The position numbers and the translations under genes were made by a program. Shown piece after piece: positions 26,425 through 38,963 of a DNA stretch of 64,000 nt. Source of the stretch: Octopus sinensis (taxonomy: Eukaryota); assembly GCF_006345805.1 (NCBI RefSeq), contig NC_043003.1, forward strand, positions 89,156,001 to 89,220,000, read 5' to 3'. The notes under the pieces were generated by a model that was not told the DNA's origin, searched no databases, and worked only from the letters and a program-made list of their open reading frames with translations. The stretch's first letter is position 1. Each line of letters opens with the position of its first letter.

Positions 26425-27149
26425 TCGAAGCTCAGACAGGTCAGTTAACAAATTTTTGTGATACAAAGTTGTTAATGATGGAAGACTTATTAGCTTCCAT
26501 AATATAGTTGCAAAAACAGCAACAGGAGTTGCAGAAACAACTACTTCAGCAACAAGAGAAACAACAACAGTTAATACAGCTATGTCTGAAGAAGTCCAGA
26601 AATACTATAAGTTTGTTTTTCCCCAGATGGCATATTGAACTCTATATCAGAATACAGTTATGACCCAGTGGAGGGTATAACGTCTGCAGTATACTTTAGA
26701 AGATACAAAATCTTCAGGGAAGATTGCAAGTTGTGGACAGACAATGAAAAAGTAAGACTATTATTACATAAATTAGTGCTGGCTGAACATGAAAAATATT
26801 ATAATTTCATACAACCCCAAAAATCTAGAGAAATTTGTTTCCAGGAAACAGTCGAACTACTATCAAAGATAGTAGTTTGACTATTTAACACTTGATGGGA
26901 GTGTTGGAATCTAGTTAAAAAAGAGGATGAAGACTTTGTCATGTATGCTAGGACTGTAAACCAAATGTGCGAAAGGTTTAAATTGTTAGAACTCCTGATA
27001 TGTTTAAGTGCCTCATTTTTGTGCAAGGGCTTACAGCAAACAAAGATGCAGAGATATGTGCAAGAATTTTCACAAAACTTGAACAAGCAGACCAAAGTTT
27101 AACTCTGCAGACAGTTGTGGAGGAGTGTCAAAGAATAGTAAACTTACAT

Positions 27150-27398
27150 CAGGATGTAAAGAAAATTGAAGAGAGGAATTCTCACAAGTACAAGCATGTT
27201 GACTGGGAAGGTATAAACAAAAAAAAAATGTCAAGACCAAACCAATGCTATGGCTGTGGAGCCCTACATTTCAGCAGGATGTAAAGAAAATTGAAGAGAA
27301 GGAATTCTCACAAGTACAAGCATGTCGACTGGGAAGGTATAAACAAAAAAAATGTCAAGACCAAACCAATGCTATGGCTGTGGAGCCCTACATTTCAG
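27150..27398 (+). repeat. Tandem duplication of about 125 bp in gag
   Basis: caggatgtaaagaaaattgaagag...gccctacatttcag occurs twice, head to tail. Confidence 0.95.
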
Positions 27399-28259
27399 GA
27401 AGGATTGTCCTTTCAAAACATAAAAATGTTACAGTTGCCAAAAAGTAGGACATAAGAACTCACATTGCAGAGCAAAGTTAGGAAAGTCAAACATAATAAT
27501 TCTAAAGTTTTCTCAATGGAAGGTAGAAGCGATACCAAAAAGAAATGCTCTAAGCTTCTAACAGGGAATCTGCACAGAGGACTATATAAATAAAATAGAT
27601 TGCCATTTGGTCTGAAGGTCACACCTGCAATATTTCAGCAGGTTATGGATGTGATGTTGGTGAACTGTCAATTTGCAATTTCATATCTCAGTGATGTATT
27701 AATCAAAAGTGAATCTCGTGATCAGCATATTGAACATGTGAAGTATATTTTTCAAAAAATAAGAGATTACCGTTTGACACTCAATGAGGAAAAATGTGAA
27801 TTCTTTTTTAAATATCTAAGACAAACGAAAGATAAAAATGGAAGATGACCTGATGCAAGTAAAAATAAGCCTCCCCCAACTAACATAGTGACAATACAAG
27901 CTTTTCTTGGCCTAGCAAACTATTATCAAAATTACATACCAAACATGTATGAATTGAGAGCTCCACTTAATAATTTGTTGAAGAAAGACGCCAAATGGAA
28001 TTGGTCAAATAATTGTTAAAAGGTATTTCAGGATATTAAAAAAAATATTAATTTTGGATTTGTTGCTGGTTCATTTTGATCCTGCAGCAGAGATTGTAGT
28101 AGCTTCTAATGCTTCTGAATATGGTGTAGGAGTAGTTCTGCTACACAAATATAGACAGTAACATGAAGGTGGTGGTTCATGCCCCATGTGCTCTGATTGC
28201 AGCAGAAAAAAAAAACAGTCCGATAGAGAAAGAAACTCTAGCGATTATTTTTGTCATAA

Positions 28260-30365
28260 CGTACATGCAGTCTTTGGTTATATTCTCTTCTATTGGTGGT
28301 TTTACTCGAAGGAGATATTTGCAAAGTGTTGTATTACTTTTGAATACTGTCTTGATGTCATATGGGCCGCATATCTTTTGTATCTTTTTGGAGAGGCCTT
28401 TCACATAGGGTAGACAGACTGTAGACAGTTTATTGGTTTCCTCGTCTCTTTTCTTCATAATTGGAGTAGATTGGAGTAGATAGTATGTTTTTGGGGTAGT
28501 TGTTGCTTAATTGATTGTTACTGTGCTTGATCATTTCTTCATGATGGGTATCATGATTGCTACTTATATTTTTTGCTCGATATCTTAGGCACTGAGCAAT
28601 TCCTCTCTTTACACTGTATGGATGGTGGGAATTGAAGTTACGGTATCGTCCAGTGAAGGTCATCTTGTGGTATACGGATGTCCTGAATCCATACTTGGTG
28701 CGTGTTATTAATATGTCCAGGAATGCTAGCTGATTGTCTTTTTACTTTTCCATTGTGAACAGTATTCATGGCTTTATTGAGTTCACATGATGTAACAGCA
28801 CTTGGACATCTGTGTCATCAACATAGCGCAGCCATAGGGTTGGTTCTAGCAATGTTGATCCCAAAGCCAAATTCTCAAAGTATTCCATGTATATATTGGC
28901 TATTACCGGTGATAATGGCGAACCCATAGCTAAACCCTCCTCTTGTCGATATATATCAGTGTCCATACTGAAATAGGTAATTTCTACACAGAAGGTCGAC
29001 ATTTCCATCAAGTTTCTTATTGGTATACTAGTGCATTCTTTTAGATAGGTGTCTGTCACTAGTTTTTCTTGAATCACCAATGGTGCTTCACCAGTTGGGA
29101 CTTTGGTGAACAGGATTATCACATCTAGACACACCATCTGGTTGGATTCAATGGGCATATCCTTGATCAATTCTGTGAAGTGGGTGGAATTCTTCACGTA
29201 CGATGTTGACTTTCTTGCTAATGGACTGACTATATCCACAAGGAAGCGGCTCAGTGGATGACATGCTGAATCTCTACAGCTCACTATAGGTCTCAATGGA
29301 ATACCATCCTTGTGAGTCTTAGGAAGACCGTACATGTGTGGTAGTTTACTGTGGTGTTGAGTCAGTTGTCTGTACTTCATCATCATCATCATCATCATCT
29401 TGTTATTGATCAAGATCTGTGAACTTCCTCTCTGTTTTCAAAGTAGGGTCTTTCTTTACTTTGCTGTAGCTACCATCACTTATAAGACTTGCCAATTTTT
29501 CTGAGCAGTCAGACTTGTTCATCACCACTGTAAGTATTATGATGGAATTGTCACTCTGATAGTGAACTTTTCTTCCTTAGTGATGTTTGATTTGGCAAGT
29601 TTCACTTTTTCCAGTACCTGTCTCACTTGACACCTAAGTTGGTATCTTTACGGTTATCTCTTCAATCGGGGCTATTATGTCCAAGTATGGAATTCACTTG
29701 ATGGTTGTCGCAAAGTTGAGACCTTTGTTCAGTACTGCTTCTTCAGAGCTTTCTAGGTGTCGGCTACTAACATTAATTACTGCTTTCACATGTGGGTGAT
29801 GGATTTCAGTCTTCATTCTCTGACCTTTGAGTTTCATAAACTTCTTAATCTGGTGTGTCTTCATCATTTCAGATTCTTTCATGTACGACTTTACCAGATC
29901 TTGTTGGATTCTCTTTCTATCATCATCTCTGGTTATTTTCCTACGTAAGGAAGATAAACTCTCTTTGATTTTGTTATTTAGTTGATGTCTTTTCCAACGG
30001 TTGTAATGGATCCTCTCACGGATGAGGGCATGTCCTGCCCTTTCTGCTACTCTTCTAGCTTTATATGAATCCACTGGTGTCATTATATTCAAGCCAGGTG
30101 ATATTAGCTTTGAGTCTCTACATCTACACAAGAAAGTTAGATGGTTTGAAAGACGAGCTAGTTTTTGATGAAGTTTGTCTATATGTCTCCATTGAAGTCT
30201 AATGTTGACTCCATACTGATTAGATGATACAGTTCTATATTTAAGAGATGAGAAATTATGTACATTATTTACATTTGATTGATATTTGTCCTCATCTTGT
30301 TTGTTGTTAACACAACGTTTTGGCTGATATACCTACCAGCCTTCATCAGGTGTCTTGGGGAAATT
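28260..30365 (-). mobile_element. Penelope/Poseidon-type PLE inserted into the Gypsy RNase H; endonuclease missing
   Basis: N-terminus CRDSKLISPGL..RERI; EEAVLNKGLNFA; MYGLPKTHKDGIPLRPIVS; GLAMGSPLSPVIANIYME; WLRYVDD; thumb SHHPYSVKRG; VCLPYVKGLS. Confidence 0.88.
30309..30354 (-). ncRNA. Minimal type I hammerhead in the PLE terminal repeat, core mutated
   Basis: gacac-CTGATGA-aggctg..cagcc-AAAAC-GTT-gtgtt. The ACGT palindrome suggests the dimeric type. The G of GAAA is changed to A, consistent with CpG decay. Confidence 0.7.
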
Positions 30366-30384
30366 CGATGTTGTTATTATTATT

Positions 30385-30955
30385 ATTATTATTGAGAGAG
30401 CATTGCATGCCTTGAAAGTGACACTGGGGTAAAATATACGGAGCCCAGTATACCCATCATGACTACCCGTCTGATAAGGGTACACCAGGCACATGCATCA
30501 CAACCATATGTGCACGACATGGTGATCTCATATCACGATAAACAGCGCATGACCTTGCAGGTGGGGCCCAGTTAGAACTTTTTTCAAGTTGAGTAGCCCA
30601 TCCCGCTCAAAAGGTCCCTGAATAAGGATTGTATAAAGATGTTGAACGAACCACCCATGTTTCCAAAGGTGAATTATCCAAACCTCTAAGAATTCCTTTC
30701 AACACACACGGCTATGATGCTCCCCCCACTACTTCTGCTCGTGATCAGAGATGCATATATCGTCAGCCACTAAGGGATATGGTCAACTGGTTAAGGTCAA
30801 ACAACTGACAAGCAAATCTGTGGTATTGAGCAGAATATTTGCTGTTAGCCCATCTTTTATACCAAGACAAAACAATGTACATGATAACACTTCCAATCAG
30901 TTAATATCAGAAGCCATGAGCGCCACTGTCTGGTACTGCATCAGGGCATTTATTA
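30385..30955. repeat. Unclassified interspersed repeat flanked by (ATT)n on both sides
   Basis: Non-coding, moderate-GC block bounded by ATT tracts. No motif recognised. Confidence 0.4.
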
Positions 30956-31036
30956 TTATTATTCGGTAGTTTTATTTTTATAGCGTGCTTTCACTTCACT
31001 ACTGAGCGCAGCTCTGTGTGCCTTGGGTATGTGCTG

Positions 31037-31074
<38 letters not shown>

Positions 31075-31169
31075 CTCCATAATTGCCTACAGACATATGG
31101 TGTAGTGATTAAGAGCACAGGTTATTAACCCCAAGATTCTGAGTTCGATTCCAGGCAGTGACCTGAAAA

Positions 31170-31260
31170 ACGTGTTAACAACAAACAAGATGAGGACAAA
31201 TATCCATCTAATGTAAATAATGTACATAATTCTTCATCTCTTAAATATAGAACTGAATCA
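31170..31260 (+). repeat. Inverted partial copy of the PLE terminal repeat (30225-30320)
   Basis: gtgttaacaacaaacaagatgaggacaaatatc...ctcttaaatatagaactg is the reverse complement of 30225-30320. Confidence 0.85.
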
Positions 31261-32849
31261 AGCACATGTTTAATCTTTTAGTGAGCTTAAAGGCCACTAA
31301 TTTAATAAAATATCCGGTAATCCTTTGATAGCAGTAAGAGTTAATCCAATGAAAAACAACAATTCATATGAGTTTTGAGGCCTTCGTGTACATGGTATGT
31401 TTATTCCAATCCGGGAGGAGAGTATTCATACGCAGCTTGAATATTTAACATCTTACAGAACAGAATGAAGTTAAACAAGAAAAGGTTTTCATCTTGCCGC
31501 CTTCCATGACTGGTATAGTGGATTCCACTCAATTCAAAGCGACGTGGGTAGTCTAGTAGCAGAGAGGGAAATGATGCAATTAGCAGCAAGCTGCTTGGTG
31601 AGAAAAGAGGCTGCTCTTGGCTCTGCCTGTCTTTTTATCCCTCTCTCACGAGCGCCACCTCGTTAACGATGTGACCAGGGGAGATAACTCCAGATGATCC
31701 ACGGTCAGGCATGGATTCAACTACAGCTGCCTACCCTACCACCGAAAGTCAAATGGGCAAGCAGAATGATTCATAGATACTTTCAAGTGAGTGCTAAAAA
31801 AAACAGAAATGAGTTAAGAAATGACAAACCACTAACTAAATTCTTAAGGGTGTACAGAATAATGCCCAATCCAGATACAAGTTCAGGCAAGTCACCAGCA
31901 GAGCTAATGTTCACTCAAAGGATTAAATGTATTTTCGACTAATTGTTGCCAAAGGAAAAAACAGAGAAAATAAAAAATACTCTCATGAGGAATTACAGAG
32001 AGTGCTTCGTGAGACCACTGCCGAGACGCTTCTGGAAAAAAAACAGAAAAGCCATTGGCAAACCAATTATAGCAGCGACTCCATCAATTCCTAGGGATAT
32101 CTGAAGAAGGAATTTTTGTTCTGAAATATCATATCAGACTATGGATGATTAAATTACAACAGTGATTATAGTCCATTGTTTGTATTATAAGTGTATTGTT
32201 GTGCCATTCAAAACATTTTATTCTTTAAAAAAAATTCAACTAAACATTTTGATGTTGGAGACAAAGTCCATTTCAAAGTATACAAGAATGGTAAAGAGGG
32301 TTGGTAGGATAGTGTAGTGACTAAAAGAATTGGAAACAAGATATATTTAATAAAAGGCCAACGATGGAAGCATAAATAACACCTAAATCAATTAAAAACC
32401 AGACATACAGAAGAAAGGAAGGAAGCTCCAATGGAAGTGTTTTATGACATGTGTGATGTGCCAGCACCGAAAGATTGAGCCTAGAAGGAGCAGTAACAGA
32501 AAACATAAACAGACTGAACTAATAATTCCTAAGCAGAAAAGGTAGTGAACTCCTTAGAGAAGCAAAATTTCAAAAAGGGAGAAGTGCTCGAAAGAAAGAG
32601 AAAAAATAATGATAAAATAAATTTCATTTCCTACAGAAGTTGGAATCTCAAAATGGAAGATGTTGTGGCGAAAGTCATGACACCTCCGCAAGAATAAACT
32701 TTACCGAACGACTATAAATAGTAGCGGTCTGAGTGAGAGACAGAGTAAACATTAATCGCAGGAAGTTGTAATGTGGCATTTTGGTAGTTTATCGGAATAT
32801 CGTTTGTTGGTTTGTGTATAGTTAGTGGAAAGTGTGTGTTAAGTGTAAC

Positions 32850-33513
32850 CAATCTCCCAAAAGCATTCCAAAACCCTTTCACAACAAGAATTCCCTGTGG
32901 TGTCTATGGTAGTACTCCTTTGGAATCATTCACAAGGAAATCATCATTCAAGATGGTCAACAAAGTTTCTGTTATTAGTGGGATAAAAACAATATAAGAT
33001 GTGAATGGCCCATTCCTAACAGAAATAGAAAAAAGCAGCACTGCATTAACAGTAACATTTAACTGGCTCAACTCAACCACTTAGAAACTGCTGTCAAAGC
33101 CAAACATTCTCACAAAAAGAATCACATTATATTTCCCCTTGACAACGTGAGACCATATGTTGAACGATGGTTAATGCAAACAATCAAAGACAAAAGATGG
33201 GAGCTACTTGATACCCCACCATATTCTACAGACTATCATGGCAATCATTCACTAATGGGTAGGCAGGTAAAGTCTGCAATGATTTGGATGATCTTGTCAC
33301 TGACATCAATGAATGGACTGCGTCCAAAGATTGTCATTTTCTTTTTAATTTTATGGAATTGACCATTTGCTAATCAAATGGGAAGAAGTTATTGAAGTAG
33401 ATGGCAGCTACACTCCAGAATAATCATTTAAACACATTTTAACTGTACTTTGGTGTTTTATTTTCAAACAAATTTAGAATAAACCAATGGTCATTAATTA
33501 TGCACCAACCTCA
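32850..33513 (+). mobile_element. Decayed mariner 3' fragment truncating the Gypsy 3' LTR
   Basis: PKPFH..LWCLW, RPYV..WELLDTPPYSTDYH. Ends with TIR-like aattatgcaccaacctca followed by TA. Confidence 0.6.
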
Positions 33514-33566
33514 TATATATATATAATATATATATATAAGTGTGTGTGTGTGTGTGTGTGTATATA

Positions 33567-33779
33567 CGAGGGGGTACTGTAAAGTTCCAGGCTTTAAGGG
33601 TAGCTTGAAAGGCCTGGTTGGAGGCCCAACCTTCTGAGTGCTTTTACAGGGATTAGAAAAACTGAAACCACTGCAGTAAGTGTGTGAATCTGAGAAAGGA
33701 ATATGTTGAATAAAATCATAATTAACTGATCCTCCTGTATTTTCTTTCATCCAAAGCCAGGAACTTTTCAGCAACCTCA
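33567..33779. mobile_element. Mariner-type MITE (about 213 bp) with TA TSD
   Basis: Ends cgagggggtactgtaaagttccaggcttt and aaagccaggaacttttcagcaacctca, with TA on each side. Confidence 0.75.
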
Positions 33780-33791
33780 TATGTGTGTATG

Positions 33792-33862
<71 letters not shown>

Positions 33863-33899
33863 GCAAGAATTATATAATTTAGTAAAACTGATGAAAAGT

Positions 33900-34560
33900 G
33901 TACCGTGAACTTGCTGGAGGGACTGGAAAATCTGTTTCAAATATAGTCCTTCTTCAGGGAAAAGTTGACAAGAGAGAAATTAATGAAAAACAACAAAGTT
34001 TTACACCTTCTAAGGTGTATCAGTCTGCAACTGATAAATAACACAGAACCACAAAAGCTTTACGTGTGAACAAGAAGTGGTTGGAAAAACAGGGTTAGAG
34101 AATTAGAAGGAAAGCGGAATGGAATGAAGAGAAGAGAGTGAAGTTAAGAGTGAGGTGAATGGAAAAGATGAGGTGCAAATAGGATAAGAAATGGTTTAAT
34201 GAACTACAAGGAGGTGTAGGAATAGAATGAAAATCATACATTTAAATCTGTTGGTGACATAGTACCAAGTCCAAATATGAAATGCCGTTCTCTCTGTTTC
34301 CTTCAAAATGTGGATTTATGGTGTGTGCAGATACCTCACACTAAATAATGGAGTGGCCTGTAGTGTTGAAGCAGAGTTATCAATATAGTGACCATACAGC
34401 TTTGGGATAGATCTGGTGAACTGGGCAATTATTTGCTCTTCAATGTGGCCTATAAAAAAGTTGGTATAATTGTGGCCTAACCTAGTTTCCTTAGCGACTC
34501 TGTTGATATGTTTGTAAAATATGCCAGAGGGAAAAAACACAATTAAGGGTTAGTATAAAC
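33900..34560 (-). mobile_element. PLE remnant (RT fragment, endonuclease tail, hammerhead remnant)
   Basis: YKHINRVAKETRLGHNYTNFFIGHIEEQ..LYGHYID; ERHFIFGLGTMSP..LN; CTGAAGA-aggac..GAAAC at about 33934-33957. Confidence 0.6.
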
Positions 34561-35149
34561 TTGGCTGGGCAGAAGAGTGTAGTGGTGCTAAGTACAGGTT
34601 GGAGGCAATGGTCTAGTAAGTATTTAAGAGCTGATAGGCTATCGTTGTTGAGGATGATAGTATAATGTTGATTGTGAAAAGGCGTAAAACTCTACTGTCT
34701 CTCATTAATTTCTCTTGTGTCACTTTTATCTGAAAAACTCTGCTCAAAATGTTTGTGTGTGTGCGTGTGTGATTTAGTTATAAGGATTCATTAGAATCAA
34801 GGTGCATCAACACCAGAAATGGCTAACTACAATAACATAGAGCTCACAGTGAAGTAAACAAGATTGACTATATTGAATGTTAGTGGGATACTGTAGATAT
34901 GCAAGTACAAAATTCAGTTTAAACCACCCATTCAACTCTGGGGTTGGTCCTTGGTATGACGCAGGTATAAAAAAATGAACACAAACAGCATTTAAAATTT
35001 ATGACAATAGGTTCAATTAACTGAACATGAATTATATGCTTAACATATAGCTATAGATCTAAGGAAATTTCATTTCCTCAAAATACTAGGTATAGAACCA
35101 GTGTTTCTTTGAATGTAGCCATCCCTTTGTGAGGTTTAATATATCCTCT

Positions 35150-38100
35150 TGTCAGGTCAGGTCTGTTGTATGCAGCATCGGATCCTACTACTGGTAAACT
35201 GTAAACCAGTACAACCTGTGTCAGTGGGGTAGAAAGGGCTCCTTAGCCGTAGTGAAGGCAACCTATCTAGGGAGATAACCTTACAATAAATCACTCAGCC
35301 CGTAGCTTAGAAGTACTGGGTTGACGTCCAGCGGGAACAGCTTTGTTTCATGGAGGAGGAAAGATCTTCTTTAGTACTTGGTTGTACAATGCTTTCCAAT
35401 GTGTGTAGTAGTGGTGCGCGCACACATTATTAGCCATTTGAAAAGACTATGGAATTTACAATTAACTGCACCAGGGTTCCTCTTCCCCAGGGAACCAGAC
35501 CTAATGGTATACCTGCGGATGTAGGTCCAGCCCCTGCTTTGCCGGGTCCTGTCTCTGATCATGTTGCACCTCCAAGGGCATCCATTGACGGTGATGCCCT
35601 CAATCTTAACAGACGGGTATCACCTGATGGAGAAGAGTCAGCCCCCAACCAAACAACACCAAACAAACACCTCATCAGCTGTAAAAATCATACGATACTC
35701 AGCACCCTCAATGCCCGCACCCTCGCCTCTCTTCGCCGTCTAGAAGAACTTGGTGCAAATGCAGAATCACATGGCATTGATATAATAGCTGTCCAAGAAC
35801 ACCGATTTTACCACCCTGACAACATCCTCAAATACCATCAAGTCGGTTCTTATCAACTTGTAACCTCCTCAGCATCAAAGAATACTGTTAATTCAACAGT
35901 TGGAGGTATCGGATTTCTACTTTCATCAAAGGCTAGTGATACTCTCTTGAGTATAGAGTCAATCTCACCTAGAATTATGGTGCTTGAGATAGATGGAAAC
36001 CCAAAAACAACATTGGTATGTGTGTATAGCCCACATAATTCGTCTGTGGCAGACGAAATTGAAAATTTCTATACAACCCTTCGTTCAACCATTGAGCAAG
36101 TACCTCTCCATAATTTTCTGGTTATAGCTGGTGATCTGAATGCTAGACTAGGACCCGATGAGACCAAGTTTACTTTCAACTCTAAAACCAATCGGAACGG
36201 AGAAATGCTCAAAGACTTCTTGGAGGAATTTAATCTCTACACCTCCAACAATTCTTTTATGAAACCAAAAGGTCAACTTTGGACATTTGAGTCCCCACTT
36301 GGTGATAGGGCACAAATTGACTACCTCATCTTTCGAAAGAAATGGCGCAATAGTGTTAAGGACTCGAGATCCTACTCATCCTTTAGTTCTGTCGGCTCTG
36401 ACCACAGAATTGTATCAGCTACCGTTAAGCTTAGTCTTCGCTCATCCAAAAAAACTAAGCCTCACCCGATCAAAATGATCGACTGGGAGGAAGTCTTATC
36501 TAACCCCGATATGTCCAAACAATTTACTATTGAGGTCTATAACAAATTTCAATCTCTGTCTACTTCTGAAATAGATGCTGAGAACATTGAGGAAGTATAC
36601 AGCAGCCTCATCAAATCAACAGAGGAAGTTGCACTGGCTGCTCTTCCCAAAAGGAAGAGTAGGGGCCAGAGCAAACCTTCTAATTCCCCAAATGTCATCG
36701 AAGCCAGAAACCATCTAAAGTCTATATCACTAGCTTACCACCGTTCTCCATCCCAGTCACTGAAGATCCAACTCATAGCTGCCAGGAAGAATCTTGATGA
36801 GGCTTACTTGAACGCCGAGGTCGAATTTATCAATGGCAAAATTAGTAAACTATCGAAAGAGCACATTAGTAAAAAACACCATCTCGCCTGGAAATCCATC
36901 AAAGACCTATCAGGCAAAAATTCTGGGTCATCAATTAGAATTAAAGGGGGATCAGCTAAGAAGTGTTTAGAAAATTGGTCAACCCATTTTAAAAACCTCC
37001 TTGGGAAGAATGCCAAAATCCCTGATAACCCCACTCTCCCAAGTGTGCCTATATCAGACACGCTGGACATCAACACCTCCCCTTTTACCATATTTGAACT
37101 AACAGCAGCCACCAAGCAACTAAAAGCCTCGAAAGCATTTGGTCCCGACAACATTCCGGCTGTGATTTGGAAGGATGATAGATTTCACACACTTTTGCTT
37201 AACCTCTGCAACCACACACTTTCCACCTTTGTCGCTCCAAAGATTTGGCACCAGTCTCAAATCATTCCAATACCCAAAAAAGGCGATTTGTCCCTCGTCA
37301 CCAACTACAGGGGCATATCTCTAATGTCAATTGCTGCAAAACTGTACAACAAACTGATCCTAAATCGTCTTGTCCTTTTTGTTGAACCTTTGCTCCGAAA
37401 GAACCAAAATGGATTCAGACATGGGCGCTCAACGCTGAGCCAGATACTATGCCTGCGCAGACTTATTGAAGAATCAAAAGCATTTAATCGCGATCTTGCA
37501 ATGGTATTTGTAGACTTTTCTAAAGCGTTCGATTCTGTAGATAGGTGCAAGATGTTTGAAATCCTTAAGCTCTATGGGATACCAGACAAAATTATTTCTG
37601 CCATCAAGGTCCTCTACACAGATACGTCTTCAACCATCTTAACCCCTGATGGAGAAACATCATCTTTCTCGATCGAGGCCGGAATACTGCAGGGAGACAC
37701 ACTCGCCCCATTTCTTTTCATCATTGTTGTTGATTATGTGCTACGTATGTCAGTTGATACCATCTCTGGCAAGGGCTTTGAAATAAAACCAAGAAGAAGT
37801 TCCAGACACCCAGCTGAGTACTTGACAGACACTGACTTTGCTGACGACATCGCTCTTATCAGTGATTCTCTCTCCAATGCCCAGTCTCTTTTACAATCTC
37901 TTGAACAAGCCTCAAATTGTGTAGGTCTTTACCTTAATGAGACCAAAACTGAATACATAAACAAGTGCCTGTCCAACAGTGATTGTATCATCCACACTCT
38001 CAACAGTGCACCTTTAAATATGGTTTCTGATTATAAATATCTTGGGTCATACATATCATCATCTGGAAAAGACTTTCTAACTAGAAAGGGTATGGCCTGG

Positions 38101-38601
38101 TCAGCCTGTAATGACATGCATAAGATCTGGTCATCAAATCTAAGTAGAGACTTCAAACTTGAAATATTCAAAGCCACAGTCGAACCAATCCTACTATATG
38201 GCTCAGAAACCTGGACGTTATCAAAGAAGCTTGAGAGGCGGTTGGATGGAACCTACACTCGCCTCCTTATGAGAGCTCAAAATCTCTCGTGGAGGCGCCA
38301 TCCAACTAAAATGCAAATATATGGGAAATTACCACCTGTGTCATCTCTTGTGAAGGGTAGGAGAGTCCAGTTTGCTGGACATTGTTGTAGAGCTGAAAAA
38401 GAAGTAATTTCTACTCTTCTCCTCTGGAAGCCATCTACTCGCAACACCAGAGGGCGCACACTCTCCTACCCTGATGTAATCTCCAGGGATACAGGCATCC
38501 AGCAACAGGACCTCCGTAATGCTATGATGGACCGTGAAGTCTGGCGCAACATGGTAAATTCCATTGTCTCGACCACGGTCGAACAATGATGAATGATGAT
38601 A
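35150..38601 (+). mobile_element. Full-length RTE-clade LINE (family A) with TSD
   Basis: Single ORF, about 300-nt 5' UTR with ggcaacctatctagg, short (TGA)n-like tail. 9-bp TSD atatcctct at 35141-35149 and 38602-38610. Confidence 0.92.
35449..38589 (+). CDS. Intact APE endonuclease plus reverse transcriptase ORF, 1046 aa
   Basis: STLNART, VQEHR, VYSP, GDLNARLG, IDY, SDH; NYRGISL, QNGFR, FVDFSKAFDSV, GILQGDTLAP, FADD, YKYLGS. No stops or frameshifts. Confidence 0.95.
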   Translation: MEFTINCTRVPLPQGTRPNGIPADVGPAPALPGPVSDHVAPPRASIDGDALNLNRRVSPDGEESAPNQTTPNKHLISCKNHTILSTLNARTLASLRRLEELGANAESHGIDIIAVQEHRFYHPDNILKYHQVGSYQLVTSSASKNTVNSTVGGIGFLLSSKASDTLLSIESISPRIMVLEIDGNPKTTLVCVYSPHNSSVADEIENFYTTLRSTIEQVPLHNFLVIAGDLNARLGPDETKFTFNSKTNRNGEMLKDFLEEFNLYTSNNSFMKPKGQLWTFESPLGDRAQIDYLIFRKKWRNSVKDSRSYSSFSSVGSDHRIVSATVKLSLRSSKKTKPHPIKMIDWEEVLSNPDMSKQFTIEVYNKFQSLSTSEIDAENIEEVYSSLIKSTEEVALAALPKRKSRGQSKPSNSPNVIEARNHLKSISLAYHRSPSQSLKIQLIAARKNLDEAYLNAEVEFINGKISKLSKEHISKKHHLAWKSIKDLSGKNSGSSIRIKGGSAKKCLENWSTHFKNLLGKNAKIPDNPTLPSVPISDTLDINTSPFTIFELTAATKQLKASKAFGPDNIPAVIWKDDRFHTLLLNLCNHTLSTFVAPKIWHQSQIIPIPKKGDLSLVTNYRGISLMSIAAKLYNKLILNRLVLFVEPLLRKNQNGFRHGRSTLSQILCLRRLIEESKAFNRDLAMVFVDFSKAFDSVDRCKMFEILKLYGIPDKIISAIKVLYTDTSSTILTPDGETSSFSIEAGILQGDTLAPFLFIIVVDYVLRMSVDTISGKGFEIKPRRSSRHPAEYLTDTDFADDIALISDSLSNAQSLLQSLEQASNCVGLYLNETKTEYINKCLSNSDCIIHTLNSAPLNMVSDYKYLGSYISSSGKDFLTRKGMAWSACNDMHKIWSSNLSRDFKLEIFKATVEPILLYGSETWTLSKKLERRLDGTYTRLLMRAQNLSWRRHPTKMQIYGKLPPVSSLVKGRRVQFAGHCCRAEKEVISTLLLWKPSTRNTRGRTLSYPDVISRDTGIQQQDLRNAMMDREVWRNMVNSIVSTTVEQ

Positions 38602-38614
38602 ATATCCTCTAAGT

Positions 38615-38897
38615 CATTGCTACTCAAAGTGGTGGTCCGTGGACTGGTGCCAGTCCACGAGCCATCAGCTGCTGGTACGCGGAGAGTGTCTACGAAAGAA
38701 ACATTATAAAATACTTTTGTAATATTGTATTATTTGTTTACAATATAAATAAAATTTTAAAAATTGTCAAGTTTCCTTATATTCATTATATATAGTGTTT
38801 CCAGTATAAATTAATATTACTATGAAATATTACTGGTCCCTGGCACATTGAAAAATATGCTGCCAGTACGTCACATCAAATAGTTTGATAAGCACTG
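38615..38897. mobile_element. hAT-type MITE
   Basis: Ends cattgctactcaaagt and gtttgataagcactg. 8-bp TSD ctctaagt/ctctaagc. Confidence 0.75.
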
Positions 38898-38963
38898 CTC
38901 TAAGCAACTATCAGTCTGTCTGTCTATCTATCTATTTATCCCTCTCTCTATATATATATATAT

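Larger units (their letters stand above)
26143..32817 (+). mobile_element. Decayed Ty3/Gypsy LTR retrotransposon interrupted by nested insertions
   Basis: LTRs at 26143-26407 and 32661 to about 32817 (truncated), plus a PBS. Gag (YDPVEGIT..YFRRY). RT (LPFGLKVTPAIFQQVMD). RNase H (ASNASEYGVG, IEKETLAIIF). Integrase C-terminus (FLRVYRIMP..SGKSPAELMF) at about 31720-31950. Confidence 0.88.

Noticed and set aside
31652-31662. CTCF-like motif gcgccacctcg
   Set aside because: A single short partial match, expected by chance.
35150-35300. HDV-like ribozyme in the RTE 5' UTR
   Set aside because: One hairpin (tactggt/accagta) is visible, but I could not build the double pseudoknot by eye. It needs an RNAMotif search.
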